This document shows, one piece after another, positions 43,233 through 52,875 of a stretch of DNA of 64,000 bases. The stretch lies in the IMG/VR virus record IMGVR_UViG_3300045988_185035. One strand, given 5' to 3'. The position numbers and the translations under genes are program-made. Source of the stretch: a virus. Within the stretch, counting starts at the first letter, position 1. Each line of letters starts with the position of its first letter. Under the pieces are notes generated by a model. It was not told where the DNA came from and ran no database searches. It saw only the letters and a list, made by a program, of their open reading frames with translations.

Positions 43233-44500
43233 TCCCTCCCATAAACTCTGATGTCGGACGGATATTCTGTCATCATCTTGTATTCATCTTCGTTAGCCTT
43301 CACATCACACCATGTCCACTTACCATCCGCAAAAATAATGACACGTCCCCTTTGAAGCTCTGAGATGTATTTTGCGTTCTTTTCGCTCAAGTGGCACGCT
43401 TTTGCCACAGCGGGAACCAAATGGCTGAATATTTTGTGGTATATCTGAACATCTGAATCAGCCATGATTTCATGGAGAAACGCATCGTCTATACCGTCGT
43501 TAAACACGCTGGTAACGGTGATTACGGTGCAGTCACAGGACATCGCGTTCTGGCAGAGGTATTTGCTCCAGCTCAAAGTGGTGTCACGCTCCAGCATAAA
43601 CGGAGCATTTTTCATAACGTCACGGTTCTCGCCAAAGAATACATCACGCATTAGAATAGCCTTCTTGTCCGCCTCGTTCTGCATACGCTCGCTGAGGATT
43701 TCAAAGCAATAGGCCATCATAAAGTCCTTGGCCGTACTGTCTTTTTCGATTTGTCCCCTGTATTTCATAAAGTCCAGCACAAGGAAAGGACTATCCCAAT
43801 CAATATCCGTCTTATGGTTGAACCAGCCATAAGGTCCATCTACAAACTGTGAAAGCACGTTTGCGAAGTCATCAAGTTCTTTCAGATGTGCAAGCTTAAT
43901 GGTCGTATAAAAGTCTTCTATAGTCGGGAACTCTTTGTACTGGTCTGAGCCTTCCACGAGAAGACTGGCATTGTCATAGGTGATGCCTTTGACCTTATAA
44001 AGGCGGTAGAGTAACGCGTCAAGCAATCTCGCTTGCTCCGGTGTCATCTCAGGATACATTGCTCTGAACACTGTGAGCAGTTCCTGTACTTTCCTTGTTA
44101 GAGCTGAGCACTTACGGGGGCCTTCTTTCGGATTGCGAATGTCGAACAAGTTGATATGTGAGTTTTCTTCTCCTATAATCACGTTCTTACCGCCAAGCTG
44201 GTCGCACATATAGCCGTACTCTTCACGGCTCAACCCATCCGTTAGGATAGTAGCTTGTGCTCCTTGCTTGCAAAGGCGGTAAAGAATCAACTTGCCAGTA
44301 AAATCCTTGCCCTGGCCGTGGCTTCCGACAATGGAGATGACTGAGTTTTGATGCTTGGAAGCGTCAGTCATGTTGACGACTATATCGGCATCCTCTTTTC
44401 CTGTCCAGCACTTTGCAATGCTGATACCGCCTTCTTCTTGAATCGGTATGATTTCAGGAACATTAGCGGGCGCTTGCTTCTTTTTGAAAAACGGAAACAT
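43223..44500 (-). CDS. P-loop ATPase-like protein
   Basis: ISIVGSHGQGKDFTGKLIL is a Walker-A-like motif; GGGAGGG ribosome-binding site; promoter motif and terminator lie upstream. Confidence 0.5.
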   Translation of the reverse strand: MFPFFKKKQAPANVPEIIPIQEEGGISIAKCWTGKEDADIVVNMTDASKHQNSVISIVGSHGQGKDFTGKLILYRLCKQGAQATILTDGLSREEYGYMCDQLGGKNVIIGEENSHINLFDIRNPKEGPRKCSALTRKVQELLTVFRAMYPEMTPEQARLLDALLYRLYKVKGITYDNASLLVEGSDQYKEFPTIEDFYTTIKLAHLKELDDFANVLSQFVDGPYGWFNHKTDIDWDSPFLVLDFMKYRGQIEKDSTAKDFMMAYCFEILSERMQNEADKKAILMRDVFFGENRDVMKNAPFMLERDTTLSWSKYLCQNAMSCDCTVITVTSVFNDGIDDAFLHEIMADSDVQIYHKIFSHLVPAVAKACHLSEKNAKYISELQRGRVIIFADGKWTWCDVKANEDEYKMMTEYPSDIRVYGRDWP

Positions 44501-44524
44501 GTCATTTTCCCTCCCAATATGTAT

Positions 44525-44560
44525 CTGATTTTTATTATCTGCAATTCGCACAATTCATCA
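44525..44560 (-). promoter_or_regulatory. sigma70-like promoter TTGATG-N17-GATAAT with GTGCGAATTGCA spacer
   Basis: Minus strand TTTGATGAATTGTGCGAATTGCAGATAATAAAAATC; directly follows a terminator. Confidence 0.5.
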
Positions 44561-44574
44561 AATTTTCGCAGATA

Positions 44575-44611
44575 CGAAAAAAGCAGCCACCTCCCGAAGG
44601 AAGCGGCTGCG
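44575..44611 (-). terminator. rho-independent terminator
   Basis: GCAGCCGCTTCCTTCGGGAGGTGGCTGC followed by TTTTTTCG on the minus strand. Confidence 0.6.
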
Positions 44612-44626
44612 TATCACTAATCCGAA

Positions 44627-45493
44627 TTAGAACTTGAAGAATCGAGGCACAATACCATCTTTGTCCATGTCCAGAATCATGGCAGCGAAAGTATCCATCT
44701 GAATCGGCACAAACTCAGCCGTATAGCTGAGCGAGCCGCCGGACTCTTCTGCAATGTCAAGCATCGTCTTGAGGAATGCTGTAAAGTCCTGAATCTGGTT
44801 AGGTTTGAGGGTGACGCTCGTGCAGATAGAGAGGCAACCCTCATCTACATCTGCTACATCGCCTTCCTCGCGGCCGAAGACGCTCCTGACGGACTGAACT
44901 GCAGCCAGCATCTTATCGACCTGCTGAACGGTGAAGGTATTTCCCGCTTTCAGCTCCATCTCGAAGGTGTAGCAGAACCAGAAAGGAATATCCTTTACCG
45001 CTTCTTCCGACACATAATCGGGACTGTCGCACAGCGTCTTGCCATCAAAGGTCAGCATCGACACATGGCTGTCCACGTCGTAGTATTCAAGGCCCTGATA
45101 CCGGACCGATTCAGCCCCGCAATCCTGCAAAATATCGCTCCAGAATGCAGAGCCGTAGAAGATGCTGTGGCTGAAGTAGTGAATCATGCCGTAAGACAGA
45201 AACGCTTCAACGTCCACATCTTCGAGGATACGCGAAACGGCATCCTCCACTTCCGGCGTGCTCTGCCAGCTGGTATCGAGACCATCAAGCCCCTTCCCGC
45301 CGGTCTTGTTGTGAATGTCCAGAGCAGTTTTCCCGTCAAGTTTGATGACCATTGCGCTAAGACTCATGGACTCGATGCTGGCGGTATCGAGGAACTGGCG
45401 CAAATACCGCGCCAAATCTTTACGTACCTGCTCGGCACCCTTCTCACCTTTCCCGATAATGATGCGCTCAATAGCGACAAGTTCAGTGCTCAT
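44627..45493 (-). CDS. hypothetical protein (288 aa)
   Basis: Six-frame ORF. Confidence 0.55.
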   Translation of the reverse strand: MSTELVAIERIIIGKGEKGAEQVRKDLARYLRQFLDTASIESMSLSAMVIKLDGKTALDIHNKTGGKGLDGLDTSWQSTPEVEDAVSRILEDVDVEAFLSYGMIHYFSHSIFYGSAFWSDILQDCGAESVRYQGLEYYDVDSHVSMLTFDGKTLCDSPDYVSEEAVKDIPFWFCYTFEMELKAGNTFTVQQVDKMLAAVQSVRSVFGREEGDVADVDEGCLSICTSVTLKPNQIQDFTAFLKTMLDIAEESGGSLSYTAEFVPIQMDTFAAMILDMDKDGIVPRFFKF

Positions 45494-45503
45494 AAAAGCT
45501 CCT

Positions 45504-45671
45504 TTACTCTATATGGATAGGTAGTTCGATTTCCGCCTCGTTATGCTTTAGAGGCGGCAAGACCTGCTCGTACTCCGCAATCTTTTCAGCCAGTTCGGCA
45601 GCGCTCAGCATTTTGATTTCCGGCGGAACAATGCAGCGGTCATCAACGACATAGTTCTTAGTGCCCATAGG
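45504..45671 (-). CDS. small hypothetical protein
   Basis: ATG start close to the upstream stop; weak GAGGGA ribosome-binding site. Confidence 0.35.
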   Translation of the reverse strand, partial: PMGTKNYVVDDRCIVPPEIKMLSAAELAEKIAEYEQVLPPLKHNEAEIELPIHIE

Positions 45672-45678
45672 CATTCCC

Positions 45679-46179
45679 TCACAGTGCAGCCAGATAGTGA
45701 ATCGCCATCTTTGCAAACCCGATAGCAGATACAAAGCACCATCCTGCTTTTCCAGCCCAGATAACCTTTGTATAGATGGGTAATACCTTTCGGACCGGCT
45801 CCAATTTCCCGAATGCAAGAGGAATTGCGGATACCATCAGCAGCGAAATGTCAAACGCTAAACAAACAAACACAGTTAAACAGTAGTTCAGCATGAGTTG
45901 AGCTTCGACCTTATTGACTTCAATTAAGCGCAAAGCCAACAAAGCAAATGCCGTTGAAATCACACAGCTAATGACAAGGATTCGTACCGTATGGTTCAGA
46001 GTATCCTCGGGTGATAGGTATTTTCTTTTGCCGCAGCAATAGGTTACTTCTTGGAAGGCTTTACGCCCAAAATACAAGTTATAAACACCATTTACTGCGA
46101 AAAGGATAGCTGTTATGGAGAACAGCGCCACTCTGCAAATATCAACGATACCCATAGGAATCAAAAGGAGAACTTGCAC
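45679..46179 (-). CDS. polytopic membrane protein
   Basis: Multiple hydrophobic helices. Confidence 0.5.
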   Translation of the reverse strand: MQVLLLIPMGIVDICRVALFSITAILFAVNGVYNLYFGRKAFQEVTYCCGKRKYLSPEDTLNHTVRILVISCVISTAFALLALRLIEVNKVEAQLMLNYCLTVFVCLAFDISLLMVSAIPLAFGKLEPVRKVLPIYTKVIWAGKAGWCFVSAIGFAKMAIHYLAAL

Positions 46180-47048
46180 TCACGGCGCTCGCGGCCATTG
46201 CCGCACCAATAGTGCCGCCAGGTGGGAGCCTTACCGTTCGCTTCCTTCTTGTAACGCTCCATCAGATAATGGCCCACCACAAAGGTCTTGATATTGACTT
46301 TCTTGGTCTGGCCCTTGAACGTAAAGACAGGACGTTCGTCCTTTTTCGGGCTGTCCAGACGAATCTCCGCGCCTTTGCTGGCAAGGTAGTAGGCACACAG
46401 CATTGCGAGACGGACATAGGGCGTGCCTTCGCCGTAAACAGACGGGATAGCGTCCAGCGTTTCAGGAATAGTGATGTCATCTTTATCGCGGGTCGAAGAT
46501 GCCTTTTCGATGTACTGTTTCGTGCTGCGAGTCGCCTCCGTCAAGCTCTGACCCCCCTTAATCCAAGCGGGAAGGGACAGGAACGCGAAGTTCTCCTTCT
46601 CGTTCTGGACGGGGCCGACAAGGACGATGCCAACGAAGGTGTCATCCGTCTTTGTATCGAACTCGATATGCACGAACATGCCGCAGTAGTCCACGCTGTT
46701 GTACAGAGGCACATAGAAGTTCTTGAACGGCAGGCGCTCCAGCACCTCGCGATGGAGGGTGAGGTCATCGGTATCCATCAGCAGTTCCAGAAAATCCTTG
46801 CCGAAATCGTAGATGACCTTGGTCTGATTCCAGTTGGCGATGGTGTAGCACGGGAAAATCTGGGCAGCCAGCACCTTTTCAAAGCCAGGCTGCTGCATCT
46901 GCTGGGCAACACGCAGGCACTGAAGCGTAGCGCCCTTGGTGAATTCGTCCAGCGTCTTGCCGCAGGGGTCCTCAAAATCGAAGCCGGTACGGGTCGAGCG
47001 AGTAACGGCATTGGCGGTGAGTGCGATACGAACCTGTTCAGAAGTCAT
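46161..47048 (-). CDS. hypothetical protein (295 aa)
   Basis: Six-frame ORF; structured intergenic region containing the CGTGGAGGC motif lies upstream. Confidence 0.6.
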   Translation of the reverse strand: MTSEQVRIALTANAVTRSTRTGFDFEDPCGKTLDEFTKGATLQCLRVAQQMQQPGFEKVLAAQIFPCYTIANWNQTKVIYDFGKDFLELLMDTDDLTLHREVLERLPFKNFYVPLYNSVDYCGMFVHIEFDTKTDDTFVGIVLVGPVQNEKENFAFLSLPAWIKGGQSLTEATRSTKQYIEKASSTRDKDDITIPETLDAIPSVYGEGTPYVRLAMLCAYYLASKGAEIRLDSPKKDERPVFTFKGQTKKVNIKTFVVGHYLMERYKKEANGKAPTWRHYWCGNGRERRECKFSF

Positions 47049-47120
47049 AAATATCCTCCAAAATATGTTATTTGTTTTCGGTTTCCCGATGGTTTGTTAG
47101 AAAGCAAAGTTGTCTGCCAG

Positions 47121-47179
47121 CCGTAGCTGTTGCCCGCTGCCCGCCTCGTGGAGGCCCCTTTGCATAAAGGCAGCTGCGG
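47121..47179. promoter_or_regulatory. hairpin-embedded CGTGGAGGC core element (copy g)
   Basis: CCGTAGCTG-ttgcccgctgcccgcctcgtggaggcccctttgcataaagg-CAGCTGCGG. Confidence 0.45.
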
Positions 47180-47191
47180 GGAGAACCCCGC

Positions 47192-47767
47192 TCAAGATTT
47201 GATGTTTAGGCGTCTATTGATTTCTTTTACGCCGAGTTTTCGAGATGTAAATACAGGCTTTACCTCTTGCCCGTGCTGTTTCACAAACCGTTCGAGCACT
47301 GTCCATGACGGCTCGCTTCCATCCTCAAAGGAATACGGGCCAAGGTTCAGAAAGAGCCAGGTCTTGGTGTGTTCCCTGCCGGCCAGATAGTGAATGAGTG
47401 ATGCCGTAATGGCAAGAACCCCCTTATGCCATGTGTAGGTCATAGTTCGGCTCACATCATGGACAATAAGTTGGGGCTGCTTTCCCATCGCCATATCGAC
47501 TTCGATGGTATGCGCGGCAACAGGCTTGTCGTCCGTAATCTTATACTGATGCAGAATCATCGGGATACGACCTGGAACGATACGGTCATGGTCCAGTACA
47601 AAGTCCGCGTATTCCCCTGTCACATCAAAGACAATGATTCGGTCTGAGGTGGTACGCAGCGTCTTGGCAATCTGACGCTTACACCAGAACGTCTTCCCTA
47701 CCCCTTCATTGGCAGATACGAGAGTATAGTAGCTGGTTTCAATGATATTAGGTTCTATCCGTTTCAT
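47192..47767 (-). CDS. P-loop NTPase (small)
   Basis: LVSANEGVGKTF Walker A motif; IIVFDVTGEY hhhhD segment. Confidence 0.5.
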   Translation of the reverse strand: MKRIEPNIIETSYYTLVSANEGVGKTFWCKRQIAKTLRTTSDRIIVFDVTGEYADFVLDHDRIVPGRIPMILHQYKITDDKPVAAHTIEVDMAMGKQPQLIVHDVSRTMTYTWHKGVLAITASLIHYLAGREHTKTWLFLNLGPYSFEDGSEPSWTVLERFVKQHGQEVKPVFTSRKLGVKEINRRLNIKS

Positions 47768-48293
47768 TCCTTGATGTACTCCTCGCAAAACTCCAGTTTG
47801 CGTTCTGCATAACTCTCATCACCCGTAACATTGACCAGAAATTCTTGCAATTCGGCTTCGAGCTTCTTCTCGGTCAGAGTGGCGAGCTTTTCGTTATACT
47901 CTTTCGGCGGCCAATCAATGGCGCAGAAAATCATCGTGTTACCATCGTAGTCAAACGTACTGAAAAAGCTTCCGGAGGGATAGCCGTAACACTTTTCAAA
48001 AACGTGACACAGGGCGTTTGCATAGATGATATGGGCTTTTTCCTTCAAGCAGCCACTCCCGTAGTCCTTAGCCCGGTGCAGATTATACCAATCACCGGCT
48101 GCCGCAACGAATTTCATGTACAGCGGCCAGGATTCATACCCTTTGAGGTCTTCGTTTTTGAAAGATGGCACTAAATCGAGAACTTCTTCTTTTGTCGGAA
48201 CGTATTTTGCCAGATAATCCTCGTTGTAATGGACTTCCTCGCCGTCTCCAAGGTTGATGCCTTTCCCGGTGTTGTTTACGTGATACCACCCCA
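47764..48293 (-). CDS. hypothetical protein (about 176 aa)
   Basis: Start MGWYHV with GGAGGAGG ribosome-binding site. Confidence 0.5.
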
Positions 48294-48869
48294 TTAGTTG
48301 TTTGCCTCCTCCATTTGCATTTTGATTAGCAGAACTGCGCTTGTTGCAGACAACAGTGAAAGAAATCCGCACAGAAACGATGCCCAAAAATTCTCGGCGT
48401 CGGAGCTGCTGTCTACGCTGATATAGTACGGATATGCGTTCATGTCTCCAATTGCTTCCTGATATTCCTCCAGGTGTTCTGCCGGTACTGCCAGGATATT
48501 GCCTTTAATAGGCGCGTGGCTGTAGATATAGGAGCCTTTTTCGCTATCATCAAACTCTGCCGCGATGATGTAATCATCACCGCTTTTGGTGTATACCTTT
48601 ATCGGATAGAAAGCTGTCACATAGTCGCCGGATGGCTCATCGCTTGCAGCCTGATGACGTTCCCACATAATGATGTTGGATACAATGTTATAGTCTTCCG
48701 AATCCAGCGCAATGGATTTTTTCTCATACTGCTCCAATTGAGAAGGCTCAACCGTAGCCAGGTTCGTTCTGATAACCTGCTGCATGTAGGAAATCGGTAC
48801 GAATGCAAACAGTACCGCCATCACCAACATAAGAAGTATCTGCATAATGGCTTTCGTTTTCTTTTTCAT
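48294..48869 (-). CDS. membrane protein (N- and C-terminal TM helices)
   Basis: MKKKTKAIMQILLMLVMAVLFAF and ASFLCGFLSLLSATSAVLLI hydrophobic segments. Confidence 0.5.
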   Translation of the reverse strand: MKKKTKAIMQILLMLVMAVLFAFVPISYMQQVIRTNLATVEPSQLEQYEKKSIALDSEDYNIVSNIIMWERHQAASDEPSGDYVTAFYPIKVYTKSGDDYIIAAEFDDSEKGSYIYSHAPIKGNILAVPAEHLEEYQEAIGDMNAYPYYISVDSSSDAENFWASFLCGFLSLLSATSAVLLIKMQMEEANN

Positions 48870-48955
48870 AGTTATCTCCCGTGTGCTGCATACCAAGCAT
48901 AGAAGCCATCGTATTGCTCCCGCCCTGGTCTGTCTTCGCTCAAACTCGCGGGTAT

Positions 48956-49210
48956 CTACAAATGACTATACCGTCCGGCGTGCAAGCCTCTACCACAGGC
49001 TTCTTTTTCGGCTTCTTTGAGTTTCTCAGGAAATTCCCGTTCTTCCTTCTCGTTTTCTCGGAAGGCTTCCGCAAACGCTTTGTACAAGTCGTAAGTATCT
49101 TTTTCAGGATTAAAAGGCACGGTCCTATAATACTCCGTTATGAACCATTTTTTACCATCGATGCTTGTCAGATAAAATCTTGTATTTGGGATTGGGATAC
49201 TTCCCATCAT
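48956..49210 (-). CDS. hypothetical protein (about 84 aa)
   Basis: GGAGGATGGTGAGTAAC-ATG. Confidence 0.45.
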   Translation of the reverse strand: MMGSIPIPNTRFYLTSIDGKKWFITEYYRTVPFNPEKDTYDLYKAFAEAFRENEKEEREFPEKLKEAEKEACGRGLHAGRYSHL

Positions 49211-49215
49211 GTTAC

Positions 49216-49608
49216 TCACCATCCTCCACGAGATAAGCGAACCCACTCTGTCCTTGTCCCGCTGTAATACGGAGTATGAGTATACGCTTCGTAGGCCCAT
49301 TTGCGCTCTTGCTCTTCCCTCAATGCTTGCTCCTCCTTCAGTTCCTTGACTGTGGCGATGAGCTTGTTTTCTTTGCCTTCCGCTTCACCTTTGGCAAAAG
49401 CGGCTTTTTGGGCTTCGTCAATACGCTGGTATCTGTTCTTTCGTTCTTTCTCGATATAGAGTAGTCCATTGGCTACTGCATCGAGAAATGCTTGTGTCTC
49501 AAAGGCAGAAATAGGTTCTTTTCCATCCTTATCTTTGGATACACAGAAAAAGCCGTTTTCGTCATAGCAGATGAAATAGGGAGAGTTTGGGACCTGTTGT
49601 GTTTTCAT
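49216..49608 (-). CDS. hypothetical protein (130 aa)
   Basis: Six-frame ORF; structured intergenic region with CGTGGAGGCTGTCTT lies upstream. Confidence 0.55.
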   Translation of the reverse strand: MKTQQVPNSPYFICYDENGFFCVSKDKDGKEPISAFETQAFLDAVANGLLYIEKERKNRYQRIDEAQKAAFAKGEAEGKENKLIATVKELKEEQALREEQERKWAYEAYTHTPYYSGTRTEWVRLSRGGW

Positions 49609-49661
49609 GGCTTTCTCCCCTTCTTTTTCGTTCTGAAGACTATTTGCCAGGAGCCTTTCCC

Positions 49662-49705
49662 GTTGCCCGCCGCTTGCCCCGTGGAGGCTGTCTTCGTTGA
49701 GCGGC
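49662..49705. promoter_or_regulatory. hairpin-embedded CGTGGAGGCTGTCTT element (copy h)
   Basis: GTTGCCC-GCCGCT-tgccccgtggaggctgtcttcgttg-AGCGGC. Confidence 0.45.
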
Positions 49706-49739
49706 AGCAGCCCTCAATGGGCTGCGTGATGAACCTCAA

Positions 49740-51431
49740 TTATTTGTTGGGGCCCGTCTTCTTTTTATACGGATTGGTTTTGTTGGTGGTAGCATGCTTC
49801 TCAGCTGCCTTGGCGTGAGCATCCATGATGGCCTTTTCCTCGTCCGTAAAATCGGGACGGAAAGAAGTTTTATCTTCGCCGGTGATAGGGTCCTTCTCAT
49901 GGAACATCCAACCATCTTCGACACGCTCGGAGGTGATGTGAGATTTTGGCTCATCCAACTCCACACCATCGATATGGATGTTGCGGTCCGTCTTAGCCTG
50001 GATGCTATTGGCACGAACAATCTCACCCATGTCGATACCGGTTGCCTCCTTCACCGTCTGCATGGTCTGGGCCATGAGCACCGGGACGTTACCAGACACA
50101 CCGGATACGCCGGAAGCATCACCACCGATGATAGACACCTTGTCGATGCTGGACAGGGGCTGGGCCACGCTCTTGGCGATGTCAGGCAGAACCTTGATAA
50201 GCATTTCGGCAACAGCTGCGTCGTTGTACTGTTTGTAGGCTTCGGCTTTCTGCTTCATAGCCTCTGCCTCAGCCAGACCTTTCTGGCGAATGGCTTCAGC
50301 CTCAGCCTTACCGACCATCTCGATGCCTTCTGCTTCCTGCTGCTTAGCGAACTTTTGTGCTTCGGCTGCACGCTCCGCCTCGTATTTTTTGGCTTCTGCT
50401 TCTTTCTGACGGCGATAAAGGTCTGCATCAGCCTGTTTACGGACTTCTGCGTCCAGTTTACGCTGCTGGACTTCGGCTTCCTGCGCAGCAAGGTCAACCA
50501 TCTTCTTCTGCTTGGCAATCTCTGCGTCAGCCTCAGCTTCTTTGATTTCCTTGGCACGGAGGTTCATCTGGATACGACCAGCAGCATCTGCGTCGGCCGC
50601 AGCTTTGTCAGCTTCTGCCTTCAGCTTTGCCTTGGCAAGCTGCAACTCGTTGTTGCGCTGTGCGATAGCGGTCTGGGCTTCAACTTCCTTGGCGTTCGCT
50701 GCCATCTCAGCATCTGCTTTGGCACATGCCACATCGCGAGCAGCCTGGGCACGAGCAATCTCAGCCTGCTTCTTCACCAGTTCTTCCTGCTCGATACCGA
50801 TAGCTTCGATGACACCGTGATTGTGGCCCTGTGCATCAATCGCGTCCCTAATGTCTTGAACATTGAAGGTCACGACCTCAAGGCCCATCTTGGCGAGGTC
50901 TGGACGAGCGTTCTCAATGACGCTCAGTGCCATCTGCTTGCGGTTTGTCAGAATCTGGTCAACGGTCATGTCGGAGACAATCTCACGCAGGTTGCCCTGC
51001 AGAACGTCATTGACCTTGTCGTTGATGCCCTGCTCGTTCATGCCCAAGAAGTTCGAGATAGCTGCCTGCTGGCGGGACATGATATACGCCTTGGCGTCCT
51101 TCAGACCAGATGCTTTGACCTCATCGTCCAACACAGTGGAGTTCTCACTGTAAACCTGAATCGTTACGACAGAATCAATCCAGAGCGACACGCCATTCTG
51201 AGTCTTGACGCCTGTTTCAGGGGTCTTGACATCGATTTTCAGCAGCCGCATGTTCAGCTTGTCTGCTCGTTGCAAGACAGGAAGCACAAACGTGCCTTTA
51301 CCGGATACTACTTTAGGCTTTGACAACCCAAAACCGGTCACGACGATAGCCTCCGTCGGAGGGGCCTTCTTGTAGCACAGAAAGCCGAAGATGATAATAA
51401 GGACTGCTACAATCCCGATGATAAGCGCCAT
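49740..51431 (-). CDS. flotillin-like SPFH/Band-7 domain membrane protein
   Basis: N-terminal TM helix; SPFH segment FVLPVLQRADKLNMRLLKIDVKTPE...VSLWIDSVVTIQV; long Ala/Glu/Lys coiled-coil region. Confidence 0.8.
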   Translation of the reverse strand: MALIIGIVAVLIIIFGFLCYKKAPPTEAIVVTGFGLSKPKVVSGKGTFVLPVLQRADKLNMRLLKIDVKTPETGVKTQNGVSLWIDSVVTIQVYSENSTVLDDEVKASGLKDAKAYIMSRQQAAISNFLGMNEQGINDKVNDVLQGNLREIVSDMTVDQILTNRKQMALSVIENARPDLAKMGLEVVTFNVQDIRDAIDAQGHNHGVIEAIGIEQEELVKKQAEIARAQAARDVACAKADAEMAANAKEVEAQTAIAQRNNELQLAKAKLKAEADKAAADADAAGRIQMNLRAKEIKEAEADAEIAKQKKMVDLAAQEAEVQQRKLDAEVRKQADADLYRRQKEAEAKKYEAERAAEAQKFAKQQEAEGIEMVGKAEAEAIRQKGLAEAEAMKQKAEAYKQYNDAAVAEMLIKVLPDIAKSVAQPLSSIDKVSIIGGDASGVSGVSGNVPVLMAQTMQTVKEATGIDMGEIVRANSIQAKTDRNIHIDGVELDEPKSHITSERVEDGWMFHEKDPITGEDKTSFRPDFTDEEKAIMDAHAKAAEKHATTNKTNPYKKKTGPNK

Positions 51432-51669
51432 ATACATACTCCTTTCGCTCATCACAACCAATGCCTGTCTTTTGTGCAGGCGCGAATACAAACAAAAAAG
51501 CTGCGGAAGCAAAAGCAACCACAGCCTTTTATATGAACCACCGGCCCAGGAAAAAGCCGATGGGGTGAATACAAGCGGAAAGCAAACATGTCAAAGTGAG
51601 AGGAAACCACGTCGTACACACCGGCAGGAAGAGGTTAAGACCCGCCGGAACCCAATTCCGCTTGTACAA

Positions 51670-51705
51670 TTCTAATTCTACGCAATTCGCACAAATGCAC
51701 AAGAC
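51670..51705 (-). promoter_or_regulatory. sigma70-like promoter TTGTGC-N16-TAGAAT with GTGCGAATTGCG spacer
   Basis: Minus strand CTTGTGCATTTGTGCGAATTGCGTAGAAT; lies 230 nt upstream of the flotillin start codon. Confidence 0.5.
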
Positions 51706-51720
51706 ATTATTTCGATAAGC

Positions 51721-51761
51721 AAAAAGAATCCCCGCTGCTCTTTGCGGGGAAAGCAGCGGGG
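51721..51761 (-). terminator. rho-independent terminator
   Basis: CCCCGCTGCT...AGCAGCGGGG 10-bp stem followed by ATTCTTTTTGC on the minus strand. Confidence 0.6.
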
Positions 51762-51938
51762 TCCGTAAGAAAGGATAAAGAAAGGATGTAAGGAACGAGG
51801 TGACTGCATGAAAGCAGATAGAACCGTCGGAGAGGGACGGCAAATGTTGTGAGAACTCAGGCACTGTACCCTGCCCCGGTTTGCATGGCTGCCATCGACA
51901 GCACCGTCGGGTCTTTGTCCTTGCCCTCTATATTGTAT

Positions 51939-51956
51939 TATACCACATGTGGTATA
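51939..51956. promoter_or_regulatory. perfect 18-bp palindrome TATACCACATGTGGTATA
   Basis: Lies in a 420-bp non-coding segment; the CACATGTG core also occurs in the repeats at 28011-28113. Confidence 0.5.
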
Positions 51957-52182
51957 CAAAATCAAGATGCAATCCGAAAATATGGCACATTTAGTGCTTT
52001 GTCTGTATAATGAGTTGAACTTCTTTGCCTCTGTTTGTGGAGCTCAATCCAAAAAAATAGCCGTTTTCCAACCTTTTGGGAAATGAGATACACTTTTAAC
52101 TTTAACTCATTCCTGAAGCAGAGTAATGATGACGGTTCTGGCATTGGAGTAGTCCGAGGCACAGGTCGTCAGTGCCAACACC

Positions 52183-52618
52183 TTATAAGTTCCAGCATCT
52201 TTTTTGTAGGCTGCGAGTACATCCTGATTTACGTTCTCTGCATTTTCTTCTACATGTCTCGGCAGCAAAGCCAAGCGGTGCGTAGACGCTTTCCAGCTGT
52301 TCAGCCGTTAGATAGTAGCGTTCCCGGCCAGCCAGGTGTTCGGGTCCTTGCAGGTCTGTGGTACTGCCCACCTTTGCCCAGTCACCATTGATGCAAGCAA
52401 AGAAATCGGCAGCCGAGCCGTCCTCGCTTTCAAGTTTGATGTCTGCTTCTTTGTCTTCTTCAAGGCTGCTTTGCATTGCTGTTTCGGAGGTCGCAATTGA
52501 TGTTGTATTCTGTCCCTTCTTATCATCTGCGTAAGCCGCCGGTATGAAAGGAGTAAACAACTGCGCGGCGAGCAAAATGGCAGCCGATAAGCTTGTGATT
52601 CTTTTTGCGTCTGTCACT
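52183..52618 (-). CDS. secreted protein (signal peptide), probable GTG start
   Basis: AAAGGTG-N7-GTG; ITSLSAAILLAAQLFTPFIPAAYA signal peptide. Confidence 0.45.
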
Positions 52619-52708
52619 GTATCACACCTTTGCTGATATTTTGCGAAAAAGTTATAATGTGACAACCATTGCAATGGATACTGTTGCCAATTCGCACGTT
52701 TTGGCAAC

Positions 52709-52737
52709 AAAAAAGCCCGACCGCTTTGGGTCGAGCT
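52709..52737 (-). terminator. rho-independent terminator
   Basis: AAGCTCGACCCAAAGCGGTCGGGCTTTTTT on the minus strand; the promoter motif at 52670-52705 follows. Confidence 0.55.
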
Positions 52738-52875
52738 TAATGCTTCTTATTATATGTTGCTGGTTTTGCGTTTTCTTTTGGGACAGTGAAGTGTTTGTAA
52801 ACAATTCATCACACACTGTCAAGATTTATTATGATATGGTATAATGGGTATAGAAAATGAGAGGAATGATGTGTA

